Part shown: positions 49,555 through 58,909 of the stretch, piece after piece
How positions within the stretch are numbered: the stretch's first letter is position 1
Layout: each line of letters starts with the position of its first letter
Source: Candidatus Tectimicrobiota bacterium
GTDB lineage: Bacteria; JACPUC01
Reading direction: 5' to 3'
NCBI GenBank assembly: GCA_016192455.1
Contig: JACPUC010000030.1
Coordinates: forward strand, 1-64,000
Length of the DNA: 64,000 bases
Translations under genes and position numbers: made by a program
Notes under the pieces: generated by a model
What the model was told of the DNA's origin: nothing
Databases searched by the model: none
Seen by the model: only the letters and a program-made list of their open reading frames with translations

Positions 49555-49608
49555 ATCTAAAACAATTTTTATCTAAAACTTGACATCCCCAGACTCAATT
49601 CTTAGGTT
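49555..49608 (+). promoter_or_regulatory. hsp20 promoter with an overlapping HAIR-like inverted repeat
   Basis: TTGACA(49580)-N17-TAGGTT; CTTGACA-N7-ACTCAAT (49579-49599) vs HAIR CTTGAGT-N7-ACTCAAG; ATCTAAAAC direct repeat at 49555 and 49571. Confidence 0.55.
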
Positions 49609-49728
49609 TCGAGTGAGCCGGGACAAGAATGAAAACGTCTTAGGCACTTGGGCATTCCAGAGCGTTCCACCGTGATGAGCAAGCTGAAACCGTGCTGTGG
49701 CTCATCCGAACCAAGGGAGGTAGGATCA

Positions 49729-50193
49729 ATGTCACTGCTTGTGAAGAGGACCCCATTCCATGGCTTGAGTTCGCTGCCGAGCCTGTTCGACCGCTTCTTC
49801 GAGGAGCCGTTCCCCTTCTTCGGGCTTAGTCGGCCCTTTGCCTGGGAGCCGGAAGAGCCGGAACGCGCGTTCCAGCCGGCGGTGGACGTCCGCGAGACCA
49901 ACACCAGCTATGAAGTCCGCGCCGAGGTGCCAGGCCTGAAGAAAGAGGACCTCACCATCGAGGTGCTGGACGGCGTGCTCAGCATCAGCGGCGAGAAGAA
50001 GACCGAGCGCGAGGAGGAGAAGAACGGCGCCACCCTGCGGGAGCGTCAGTATGGCTCCTTCCGGCGCGGCTTCTACGTGGGTGAGGAGATCACCACCGAG
50101 GAGATCCAGGCCCACTACAAGGATGGCGTGCTGACGGTGACGGTGCCCAAGAGGGAGAAGGTCCGCAAGCTCGTCAGCATCACCGAAGGCTGA
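49729..50193 (+). CDS. Small heat-shock protein (Hsp20/alpha-crystallin)
   Basis: PAVDVRE, AEVPGLKKEDL, ERQYGSFRR, AHYKDGVLTVTVPK; GGAGG RBS. Confidence 0.95.
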   Translation: MSLLVKRTPFHGLSSLPSLFDRFFEEPFPFFGLSRPFAWEPEEPERAFQPAVDVRETNTSYEVRAEVPGLKKEDLTIEVLDGVLSISGEKKTEREEEKNGATLRERQYGSFRRGFYVGEEITTEEIQAHYKDGVLTVTVPKREKVRKLVSITEG

Positions 50194-50490
50194 CGATGAA
50201 CCCGTTGAGACCATCCCGGTGCGTGCCGGCACCCCGCGGCGCCGGGCGCGGTCTCAACCCCGGCACGCGGCCGGGTCCAGGAGAACCGCAAGGCAAGACG
50301 CGCACCCGCCCGGCCGGGAGGGCGCCGCAGGTACGAGGCAGGCAGCCGTTCATGCTCCTGCCTCGCGTCGTCTGCGCGCCTGTCACGCACATCTTACTGG
50401 GGGAGTCCAGGGAGTCGGCGTACGGCGCCCCGCCGGTATGGCGCGGCGCACCCCGCTCCCACGACGCCCCCCGGTGAGGGGAGGTCCACC

Positions 50491-50796
50491 ATGGCGATGC
50501 CGCGCTTCACGGAAAAATCACAGGAGGCTCTGCTCGAGGCGGAACGCCTGGCGGAGGCTCGCGGCCATGCCTCGGTGGAGGCGCTGCACCTGCTCGCCGC
50601 GCTCGTCGCGCAGCAGGACGGCGTCGTCCCCCTGGTGCTGCGCGCCGCGGGGGTCGAGGCGGCGGGCCTGGCGCGGCAGATCGAGGCCGCGCTGCACCGC
50701 CTGCCGGTGGTGCAGGGCGCCGTGCAGCGCGCGCCGGGCGAATCCCTGCGCGCGGCTTTGCGGCGCGCGGAGGAGGCGGAGCCGGTGGCTGTCTGA
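50491..50796 (+). pseudogene. ClpB/ClpA-type N-terminal (Clp_N) domain only; truncated clpB or stand-alone Clp_N
   Basis: RFTEKSQEAL…HLLAALVAQQDGVV…LPVVQG resembles the ClpB N-terminus; stop at 101 aa with no AAA+ domain; GGAGG RBS. Confidence 0.7.
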
Positions 50797-50847
50797 GACG
50801 GCCAGGCTTCGCCCAAACGGGAGATTCCCGCTCGCTGAGCAGAGAGG

Positions 50848-50925
50848 GCGAGGGAGCACTGCCCCCTCGCGCACCCCTTCTGCGCAAGCTGCTGCGCAGC
50901 TTGCGGGGAGCGGCAGGGGAGGAGG
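50848..50925 (-). repeat. Dispersed repeat copy
   Basis: GCGAGGGAGCACTGCCCCCTCGCGCACCCC is the near-exact reverse complement of 36553-36582. Confidence 0.75.
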
Positions 50926-50927
50926 GA

Positions 50928-51956
50928 TTAGCCAGCCTCGGCGTTCTGCGTGGTTTGTTGAGACGGCACTCGCAGGTCGTGGAGGAGACGTTCAAAGCTC
51001 TCGTTGTATTCGCTCGGCACCTGCCACTTCCGGAAGTCGCCGACGTGGCGGCTGTTTTTCCTGTCTTCCCAGATGTCGTGTACCCATTGCGGTGGAGATT
51101 TCTCCAACGCAGTATCCAGACGGATTGGGAACACCACTTTCTTATCGCGCCGTTTCTCCTCCTTCCGGGCCAGTTCCACCTCCTCTTTCACGCGAACGCT
51201 CTTAATTGAGTTACGCGAAAGGATGAGGAGGAGTTTATCATGCTCCTTGATCGCCTTATCGATCATTTCAGGGGGCAGCTCGCCAATCTTCACGTCCTCC
51301 GAGTATTTCCAGCAAGGAACCCCTTTGTCCCACAAATCATCGTAAAGTTTCTTCGCAAACTTCTCATCTTTGTTGGAGTGGCTGATGAAGCAGGAAGAAT
51401 ACTTCTTCTCTAATAGTTTTGATAGGTTCTCGATGAGATCTTTCGGCAGGCGGCAGCCGCGCAGGAAGGCAGGCGGAAGAAGGCCGGAAATTTGCAGGGT
51501 GTGGAAGTCGATGCTACTGCGGCCAAGGTGTACACAGGTTTCCAACCCTCTGGCATGAGATAGATTAGTGTCCCCAAAAATAGTCAGGTAAAGCTTGGCT
51601 CCCTCCAGGTCAGCGTCCGTAAGGTTGGCCCATGCTAGATTTGCCCCTTGCAGGTCCACGCCGCAGAGGTTTGCGCTAGTTAAGTTCGCCACCCTCAGAT
51701 CTGCTGAGCCTAGGTTTGCCTTGCATAGCTTTGCGCCCGGGAGGTCCGCTCCTTCGAGGCGGGCTACTTGGAGGTTTACTCCGCAAAGTTTCGCATCGTG
51801 AAGCTTTGCGTGCGAAAAATTCACCCAGCGGAGATCTCTACTACTTCTTAGGTCTGCCCCGCTGAGGTCTGGTCGAATTCCAGGTTCCTGTTCCCTCCAC
51901 TTATTCCAAACCTTCACGCCTTGATTGAGGATAGCGAGGTGTTCCGGGTTCGCCAT
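50928..51956 (-). CDS. Pentapeptide-repeat + TIR domain protein
   Basis: MANPEHLAIL…WNKWR, A(N/D)Lxx pentapeptides, CFISHSNKD…LLLILSRNSIKS..VKEEV…FPIRLD; visibly AT-richer than neighbours. Confidence 0.9.
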   Translation of the reverse strand: MANPEHLAILNQGVKVWNKWREQEPGIRPDLSGADLRSSRDLRWVNFSHAKLHDAKLCGVNLQVARLEGADLPGAKLCKANLGSADLRVANLTSANLCGVDLQGANLAWANLTDADLEGAKLYLTIFGDTNLSHARGLETCVHLGRSSIDFHTLQISGLLPPAFLRGCRLPKDLIENLSKLLEKKYSSCFISHSNKDEKFAKKLYDDLWDKGVPCWKYSEDVKIGELPPEMIDKAIKEHDKLLLILSRNSIKSVRVKEEVELARKEEKRRDKKVVFPIRLDTALEKSPPQWVHDIWEDRKNSRHVGDFRKWQVPSEYNESFERLLHDLRVPSQQTTQNAEAG

Positions 51957-51980
51957 ATCCGGCTCCGTGGCTGGAATCAC

Positions 51981-52050
51981 GCCCCCCGCGAGTGCGCCTG
52001 CGCACTCGCGTAAGCAGGGGGTGTGGGGGATCAATGATCCCCCACGACGT
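51981..52050 (-). repeat. Dispersed repeat copy
   Basis: CGCGAGTGCGC-C-TGCGCACTCGCG hairpin + GGGGTGTGGGGGATCAATGATCCCCCAC. Confidence 0.6.
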
Positions 52051-52106
52051 CTCCCCCCAATAAAGACCTTCCCCCTCGCGCACGGAAGCCTGGCGTGCCG
52101 CCGTGG

Positions 52107-53171
52107 TCACAGCTTCTCCGGCGCCACCCAAGTGCCGCGGTCGAACAGGCCCTGGATGGTTTGGCGCAGCAGTTCCTTTCTTGCCTCCTTGCCCTTCGGG
52201 GGTTCGGTCATGAAGGTGTTCTTCGGGTAGATGGGGTTGCGGTAGATGGGGGCGTACTGCTCGGTGCGCAGGTCCTTCAGCCAGTTGCCGAACATCGACT
52301 TGGCGCGAAACTCCCGCAGGCCGTCGATATCGATGGTGGCGCTGACGTAGGAGTCCCCCTGCGGCGTGTAGCGGGAGATGACGTTGCCGCGGTAGTCGAC
52401 GATCATCGAGTTGCCGCCGGCGAAGTCGATGGGGAAACGCTGCCCGTCGCCCACCATGCCGGCGCAGCTTCCGGTGTTGGGAGAGATGACGTAGCAGTTG
52501 TTATCGAGGGCGCGGGAGCGGTTCTGCAGCTCAAACCAGCCGTTGCCCACCCAGGGCTCGACGTAGCTGGGCCGGTAGATGACCTCGGCGCCGTTCATGG
52601 CGAGGCCGCGCGCCGGCTCGGGGTAGCTCCCCTCCATGCAGACCATGGTGCCAAGGCGGCCGATCTCCGTATCGGCGACGGGGTAGAAGGCGTCCAGGTC
52701 ATCGCCGTAAAGCTCCACCCAGCGGTCCCAGAGGTCGTGCGGCGTCGCCGAGGGCTCGTTGGGGTAGACCTGCAGCTTGTGGTACTTGTGGATGATCTCG
52801 CCTTTCGGGTTGAGGATGAAGACGACGTTGAAGTAGCGGTCCTTGAACTCCTTCTCCTTGGCGCGCACCTGGCCGATGAGGTAGGTTTTCAGCTCCTTAG
52901 CCTTGGCGGCGAGGATCTCCGTCTCCATCCCCGGCACCTCGGTCATCAGCTCGCGGGCGGCCTTCACGTGCTCCATGTTCAGCATCGAGTCGGTGAACCC
53001 CTGGATGGCGCCTTCGCCGAGCGCCACGAGCTTCACCGGTGCCTCGAGGGAGGCGAGCCAGAAGGCGGAGTCCAGCACGCGGCAGATGTGCTCGAGGTTG
53101 ATCTTCGTGTCATCGCGGTGCTTGACGGTGTAGAACGTCGTTTGCAGGCCCAGGGCGCTGTACTTGTCCAC
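52107..53171 (-). CDS. Nitrilase-superfamily carbon-nitrogen hydrolase
   Basis: Catalytic triad E (LGEG), K (KYHK), C (VCMEG); DTEIGRLG; NRSRALDNNCYV. Confidence 0.88.
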   Translation of the reverse strand: MDKYSALGLQTTFYTVKHRDDTKINLEHICRVLDSAFWLASLEAPVKLVALGEGAIQGFTDSMLNMEHVKAARELMTEVPGMETEILAAKAKELKTYLIGQVRAKEKEFKDRYFNVVFILNPKGEIIHKYHKLQVYPNEPSATPHDLWDRWVELYGDDLDAFYPVADTEIGRLGTMVCMEGSYPEPARGLAMNGAEVIYRPSYVEPWVGNGWFELQNRSRALDNNCYVISPNTGSCAGMVGDGQRFPIDFAGGNSMIVDYRGNVISRYTPQGDSYVSATIDIDGLREFRAKSMFGNWLKDLRTEQYAPIYRNPIYPKNTFMTEPPKGKEARKELLRQTIQGLFDRGTWVAPEKL

Positions 53172-53324
53172 GATGGTCTCTGCCTCTCAAGGAGGGGAGC
53201 GCCGGGCTCCCCTTGGGGTAGGCGCGGGGACAGGTGGGATGGCGCGGGACACCTGCCCCCCATCTCTCTGCGGTGCGGCTGGGCAGCGGCTGCCATGGCC
53301 GGCGAGAGCGCGGGCCGCCTTGGC

Positions 53325-54506
53325 TCAGCGCACCACCACCCACTTGCCGTCCTTCACCTGCACCACGTAGATCTCCTTGTCGGAGTCGCCGTCGGCACGG
53401 ACGCTGATCTTGCCGGAGACGCCCGGGTAGTCCTTCATTTTGGCGAAGGCGTCGCGGATCTTCGCCCGGTCAGCGTCGAGGTCCTCCGGCTTATTGGTAA
53501 CGCCTGAGGACTCAATGACCTGCTTCAGCATGTAGATGACGTCGTAGACGTACCAGGCGGAGTTGTCCAAGCGCTTGCCCTTCGACTTCACGAGAAACTT
53601 CTTAATGAAGTTCTGGACCCTGGGGTCGGGGTTATCTTCCCAAGCGCCGGCGACCGCGATCGTGCCCTCCCCGGACGCCCCGGCGATGCGGATGTAATCC
53701 GGCGCCATGTTTGCGGTGCTCCCCACGATCGGCTTGGTGAATCCCTGTTGGCGCGCCTGCCGGGTAATGTTCGCGCCGGCGTTGTAGCTCGTGGCGAGCA
53801 CCAGCCCGTCGGGATTGGCGGCCTTGATGCGCGTGACCTGGGCGCTGTAATCGATGTCCGCCTTCACGAAGGTGACGGAATCCACGACCTGGATGCCGTT
53901 GTCCTTCAAGAGCTTCGGGAAGATGATGGTGCCTTCGGCCTTAAAGAGCGCTTCGCTGGCGTCGTAGATGACGGCGGCGGTCTTGATGCCGTACATCTCC
54001 TTCCACTTCCTCACCGTTGGCTCCAGGGACTTGTCGCTCGGCAGCGACACCCGGAAGGCCCAGGGGCGATTCTTCGCGGCGATGCCCGGCGCTGCGGAGG
54101 AGGCCGAGATGGCGACAATCTTGAAGCGATTGGCGACGGGAAAGGCCATCTCGCACTCGGTGCTGGTGAACGGCCCGATGATGGCCAGCGCCTTATCGCT
54201 GGTGGCCACCTTGCGCACCAAGTTGATGGCTTCCTCGGGCTTTGTTTGGGTATCGTACATCGGCAGCTCGACCGGCACGCCGCCAATGCCGCCCGCGGCG
54301 TTGATCTCCTCTTGGGCCACTTCCAGGGCGTACTTCTGCAGCCAGCCCTGATCGGCGAGGAAGCCGGTGAAGGGAACAAGGATGCCGATCTTCACCGACG
54401 TGCCGGCGAGCTTGGCGGCGTGGGCGGGAGAGGCAAGGACCATCAGCGTCACGACCAAGACCGCCAGGAGCGAGACCGCAAGCTTAATTCTCGACACAGA
54501 TTTCAT
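53325..54506 (-). CDS. ABC transporter substrate-binding protein, branched-chain amino acid (LivJ/K-like) family
   Basis: Signal peptide; VKIGILVPFTG, EINAAGGIGG, IIGPFTS, DYSAQVTRIKAANPD. Confidence 0.92.
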   Translation of the reverse strand: MKSVSRIKLAVSLLAVLVVTLMVLASPAHAAKLAGTSVKIGILVPFTGFLADQGWLQKYALEVAQEEINAAGGIGGVPVELPMYDTQTKPEEAINLVRKVATSDKALAIIGPFTSTECEMAFPVANRFKIVAISASSAAPGIAAKNRPWAFRVSLPSDKSLEPTVRKWKEMYGIKTAAVIYDASEALFKAEGTIIFPKLLKDNGIQVVDSVTFVKADIDYSAQVTRIKAANPDGLVLATSYNAGANITRQARQQGFTKPIVGSTANMAPDYIRIAGASGEGTIAVAGAWEDNPDPRVQNFIKKFLVKSKGKRLDNSAWYVYDVIYMLKQVIESSGVTNKPEDLDADRAKIRDAFAKMKDYPGVSGKISVRADGDSDKEIYVVQVKDGKWVVVR

Positions 54507-54811
54507 GGAACTCCTCCTTTCAACCAGGGGAAGGATGCGCCGCGCCGGCGTGGCGCCCTATGGGTGGCTGCTTGCTCCCTTTTCTTGCACCTTCGGCGAC
54601 TTGTCAAGGACCTTCCTGTGCCGACCTGGCTCGCCGCGGCCTGCCTGCGTGGGCCCGGCTGTCGGCGCTGCGACGGCGGTCAGGACGTTCCCTTGACAGT
54701 CTCTGGGAGGGTGCAGCACTATACCCGTTTTAGACGCTGCCGGGGTTGCCGCGCGCCTGAAGGAGGGCGCGGCGCCGGGCGGCGCATGTCGGACCTGCGT
54801 GAGGGGGAACG

Positions 54812-56905
54812 ATGTATCGCTCCATCTATGTACCCGTGGATGCCTCGGAGCATGCGCGTCGCGCCGCTGACCTTGCCGTGGAGCTGGCGCGCCGCTGCGG
54901 GGCGGCTCTGACCGGCAGCCACGTCGTCGAGGACCCACTCGCCGCGACGCGCCTGGCGCTCCTGCGCAGGACGCCGGCGGGCGCCCCGTTCTCCGCGGGA
55001 CCCCACGTGGTGGAGGGCGAAACCTCCCATGGGGAGTCGGCATTGCGGCCATCGCGGGCCGCGGCGCCGCCAGGGGACGGCGCGTCGCCCGCCGTGGCGG
55101 AAGCCTTCGCCTCGCTGGCGCAGCGCAGCGCCGCCGCCGGCCTGACGTTCGAGCGCAAGACCCTGCGCGGCAGCCATCACCGGCTCCTCGCGCGCGACAT
55201 CGAAGCCGGCGCGTACGATCTGGTGATCCTCGGCGCCCACGGCGGCGGGGCCGTCAAGGAGAGCCTCATCGGCAGCGTCTGCGAGCGCGTCGTGCGGCGA
55301 GTCAGCACGGATACGCTGATCGTCCGCGCGACGGCGCCGCTGCGGGATCAACTGCGGGGCGGCATCGTGGTGGGGATTGACGGCAGCCCCCAGAGCATGG
55401 CCGGGCTGCTCACCGCGGTCGAGTTGGGGCGGCTCTTCGAGACGCCGGTGGAAGCCGTCGCGGTCTACGACCCCTATCTCCACTACACGATGTTCAACGG
55501 CATCGTGGGGGTGCTCAACGAGCAGGCCTCGCGGGTCTTCCGCTTCAAGGAGCAGGAGCAGCTCCACGAAGAGATCATCGACACGGGTCTGGCGAAAATC
55601 TACCAGTCGCACCTGGAGATCGCCCAACAGATCGCCCGCGAGCAGGGCGCCTCCCTCAAGATCACCCTCCTGGACGGCAAGGCATTCGAAAAGATGCTCC
55701 TCTACCTGCGGCGCCAGCAGCCCTGGCTGGTTGTCCTGGGACGCTACGGCGTGCATCGCGACGGGGAGAGCGCCGAGCTGGGAAGCAACACCGAGAACCT
55801 GCTGCGCTCGGCCCCCTGCAACGTGCTGCTGACGGCCCGCACGTTCTACCCTCGCATCGACCTGAAGGCCGAGGAGAGCATCGCCTGGACCGAGGAGGCC
55901 CAGGAGCGCATGAAGCGGGTGCCGCCGTTGGTGACGGGGATCGCGCGCACGGCCATTCTGCGCTATGCCATCGAGCGGGGACACTCGGTGGTGACGTCGA
56001 AGGTCATCGATGAAGCGATGCACATCTTCATGCCGGAGGGCACGGCGCGCGCCATGGGGGATGCCGCCAAGAAGCTGGCCGCGGCCACGGTCGAGGGCGA
56101 TGCGCGGATGCGCAGCATCTGCACCATCTGCGGCTATGCCGCCAAGGAGGAGCAGCCGCGCAAGTGCCCGGTGTGCGGCGCCGGCGCTGAGTCGTTCCAG
56201 CACATCGACCGCCAGGTCGTGCAGGCGATCATCGACAGCGAGGGAGGGGTGCAGGTCGAGGAGACCTTCGACGGCGTGGCGCTGAAGTGGACCGTCGAAG
56301 CGCGGGCGCTGCTGCGCGGCATCGAGGATACCTACCAACGCCGGCGCGCCAAGGCGCGCATTGAAAAGCGCGCCCGCAGTAGGAAGCTGAGCGCCATTAC
56401 GGCGGACTTCGCCCGCCCCATCATCGAGGAAGCCAGCGGCGTCGAGCTGGGCGGGGCGCCTCCCATGCAGGCGCCGGTAACGGCCGCCCCAGGCTCTGCG
56501 GACGCCGCCGCGGAGGGGGCCGAGGCTGATGCGGCGCGCAGCCCCTTCGTGTGGCTCGATGAGGCGGTGCAGAGGCTGCGGCGCGTGCCGGCGGGCTTCA
56601 TGCGGGAGATGACGCGCTCGCGGATTGAGGCCCTCGCCGCCGAGCGCGGGGCAACGACCATCACCCTGCGCCTTGCCGAGGACGCCATCGGCCAGGCGCG
56701 CCAGGTGATGGACTCGATGGTGGGGGCCTACATGAGCGAGGAGGGCCGCAGCACGCTCCGCCGCGCCGCCGCGTCGCCGCAGGTCGGGGTCGGCGATGAT
56801 GCGCAGCCGGGGACGATCAAGAGCGCCACCCGCAGCCGCGACGTGCCACGGCTCAATGAGGTGACGTTGGCCCCCTACCCGAAGCCGAACGAGGCAACGA
56901 ACTGA
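54812..56905 (+). CDS. Multidomain universal stress protein: USP-USP-PCP_red-rubredoxin-like-PCP_red-PCP_red
   Basis: IYVPVDAS, GAHG…LIGSVCERV; VGIDGS, LGSNTENL; WTEEAQERMKRVP, WTVEARALL, WLDEAVQRLRRVP; CTICGY…CPVCG. Confidence 0.8.
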   Translation: MYRSIYVPVDASEHARRAADLAVELARRCGAALTGSHVVEDPLAATRLALLRRTPAGAPFSAGPHVVEGETSHGESALRPSRAAAPPGDGASPAVAEAFASLAQRSAAAGLTFERKTLRGSHHRLLARDIEAGAYDLVILGAHGGGAVKESLIGSVCERVVRRVSTDTLIVRATAPLRDQLRGGIVVGIDGSPQSMAGLLTAVELGRLFETPVEAVAVYDPYLHYTMFNGIVGVLNEQASRVFRFKEQEQLHEEIIDTGLAKIYQSHLEIAQQIAREQGASLKITLLDGKAFEKMLLYLRRQQPWLVVLGRYGVHRDGESAELGSNTENLLRSAPCNVLLTARTFYPRIDLKAEESIAWTEEAQERMKRVPPLVTGIARTAILRYAIERGHSVVTSKVIDEAMHIFMPEGTARAMGDAAKKLAAATVEGDARMRSICTICGYAAKEEQPRKCPVCGAGAESFQHIDRQVVQAIIDSEGGVQVEETFDGVALKWTVEARALLRGIEDTYQRRRAKARIEKRARSRKLSAITADFARPIIEEASGVELGGAPPMQAPVTAAPGSADAAAEGAEADAARSPFVWLDEAVQRLRRVPAGFMREMTRSRIEALAAERGATTITLRLAEDAIGQARQVMDSMVGAYMSEEGRSTLRRAAASPQVGVGDDAQPGTIKSATRSRDVPRLNEVTLAPYPKPNEATN

Positions 56906-57240
56906 CCTCACCCCGAAGCGTGCCGAGCGCGAAAGCTCGGAACGGCTCGCCATCCTCGGCGGCGCAGTTGGGTGCGGCAGGCTCCCATCGAGTTGGCCCT
57001 TGGCATCTTTGCAGGGAACTCCACGCGCGGGAGCCTCTCTTACTGAATCGAGGCGAACCCGTGGGTGAGTGTCGGCTCAGGCTGGCTTTACCTTTGCGGC
57101 TGGGAAAGGCAGCGCCGGGCCGCCCGTGCCTCCGGGGGCGCTCCGCAGCCTTTCCAACGCAAGACATGCCGCGGTCTTAACGAGCGATGAGCGCGGCAAC
57201 ACGGACCCGAGGCGGATGCCGAGGGGCAACGTCGAACCTA

Positions 57241-57744
57241 GTGTTGCGTCTCAGAAGTTCGCTCACACCGTTGCGGCGCTGCTCGCTGCATTGGCAAGGG
57301 GCTTGTGAGGAACCCATGCTCCCCCACACTCCCATCCCATAGGGGTGATTCGCGAACCGCCCCTCCAAGCCGGGGCGCGCGAGGAGACACGGTTCCTTCC
57401 CAGACTGAGGTTGCGGGCGGGGCAAGCCCCGCCCCTACGATCAGCCCCCGCGGGCGCAGTTGGGGAGAAGGTCCCCTCTCAGGAGTAGGTGATGGAACGT
57501 AGGGGACACGATACTGGCGTTGCGTCTCCTAAGTTCGTTAACTACCTTAGCAACATTGTTGCCAAGGCGAGGCGGTTTTTGTGCGAGGAAGCCGCGCCTC
57601 ATCCCTCAGCGATGGGCGCGCCCCGATTGCGCTAGCCGCTGCGCAACGCACGGGGAATGGGGCTGTGGCGAAGCAAGGGTCCCCCACAAAAAAATGAAGC
57701 CTGCAACGCATCAACTTTGCCAGGGAACTTTTGAGACGTAACAC
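57241..57744. mobile_element. MITE-like non-autonomous element(s) with ~20-bp terminal inverted repeats
   Basis: GTGTTGCGTCTCAGAAGTTC (57241, preceded by CTA), GCGTTGCGTCTCCTAAGTTC (57517) and inverted GAACTTTTGAGACGTAACAC (57725-57744, 18/20 to the first); no transposase ORF. Confidence 0.6.
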
Positions 57745-57790
57745 GAGGTGTGATGAACCTGATCTTGCACCAAGAGGGAGGAACGACTCA

Positions 57791-58534
57791 ATGAGCATCT
57801 GTGGAAGAAACCTGAAGGGGTGGGTCTGGGGGCTCTTCCTTGCCCTGCTCGTGCTCGGCCTGACGATGAGCGCCTCAGCGTACCAGGCTGAGGAGGTGAA
57901 GAATGGCGGCACGATCACCGGCAAGATCCTCTTCAAAGGGACGCCGCCCCCGCGCGAAACGTTGAAGGCCTCGAAGGATACCGAAGTGTGCGGCACGGAG
58001 GTGCCTTCCGAGGCGCTCGTTGTGGGCGAGAACAAGGGCATCCAATGGGCCATTGTCAGCCTTGTCGATATCAAGAAGGGCAAGGGCGTCGACAAGAAAG
58101 CAACGGTTGAGCTCGATCAGAAAGGCTGCCACTATGTTCCCCACGTCGTGAAGGTGCCGGCGGGCGGAACTTTGACCGTGCTGAACTCCGACGGCATCCT
58201 GCATAACATCCACACGTACAGCAAAGTGAACAAGTCGGTGAACAAGGCTCAACCGAAGTTCCGCAAGAAGCTTCTCATCGACAACACCTTCAAGGATCCT
58301 GAGCTGGTCAGTGTGAAGTGCGACGCGCACGCCTGGATGAGCGGTTACATCCTCGTCGAGGAGCATCCGTACCATGCCGTCACGAAGGCGGATGGGAGCT
58401 TCTCGCTTTCTGACGTCCCTCCCGGCACGTATAAGGTGGAGGTGTGGCAGGAGAAGCTCGGCAAAGTCACCAAAGAGGTGAAAGTGGAGGCTGGAAAAGC
58501 AACGACCCTGGATGTCGAGCTTGCCGCCATGTAG
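57791..58534 (+). CDS. Secreted cupredoxin-like protein with carboxypeptidase-regulatory-like domain
   Basis: Signal peptide; DQKGCHYVPHV, NSDGILHNIH, KCDAHAWM (H…C-x2-H-x2-M), VPPGTYKVEVW. Confidence 0.8.
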   Translation: MSICGRNLKGWVWGLFLALLVLGLTMSASAYQAEEVKNGGTITGKILFKGTPPPRETLKASKDTEVCGTEVPSEALVVGENKGIQWAIVSLVDIKKGKGVDKKATVELDQKGCHYVPHVVKVPAGGTLTVLNSDGILHNIHTYSKVNKSVNKAQPKFRKKLLIDNTFKDPELVSVKCDAHAWMSGYILVEEHPYHAVTKADGSFSLSDVPPGTYKVEVWQEKLGKVTKEVKVEAGKATTLDVELAAM

Positions 58535-58909
58535 TCTCTTGGTTGACCGGCGGGAACGGCGGGGCCGGCTGGAACGGTGGGGGTGGACCCCCAGGCAGTC
58601 GGCCCCTCCTGCCGCGCCACACGATGGGGAGAGGTTTGCCGGCCATCTTTCCGCCGCCGTCGCGGGAAGTGCCGCGGCGAAAGCTGCGCGCCCTTGCTGA
58701 AGGGTTTGAATCGGGCCGCCGTCACGCTCCAAGCGGCCCAGGCGTTGGCTCACAGCGTCAGGCGCGGGGAGTGTGAAACGCAGTCCACTGCGGGCGAGAC
58801 TCCCCCCCTCGCGCCCCGGCGCGACTCAGCCCGGCCTTGCCAGCGGCAGGTGCGGGTGCTGCCTCTTCCCGAAAGGGGCGGGAGCGGAGCTGCTACGCTT
58901 GTGGGCGCC

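Noticed and set aside
49640-49670. CIRCE (HrcA) element upstream of hsp20
   Set aside because: TAGGCACTT…GAGCGTTCC is too degenerate versus TTAGCACTC-N9-GAGTGCTAA
54719-56953. 744-aa minus-strand ORF
   Set aside because: Antisense shadow of the USP fusion gene
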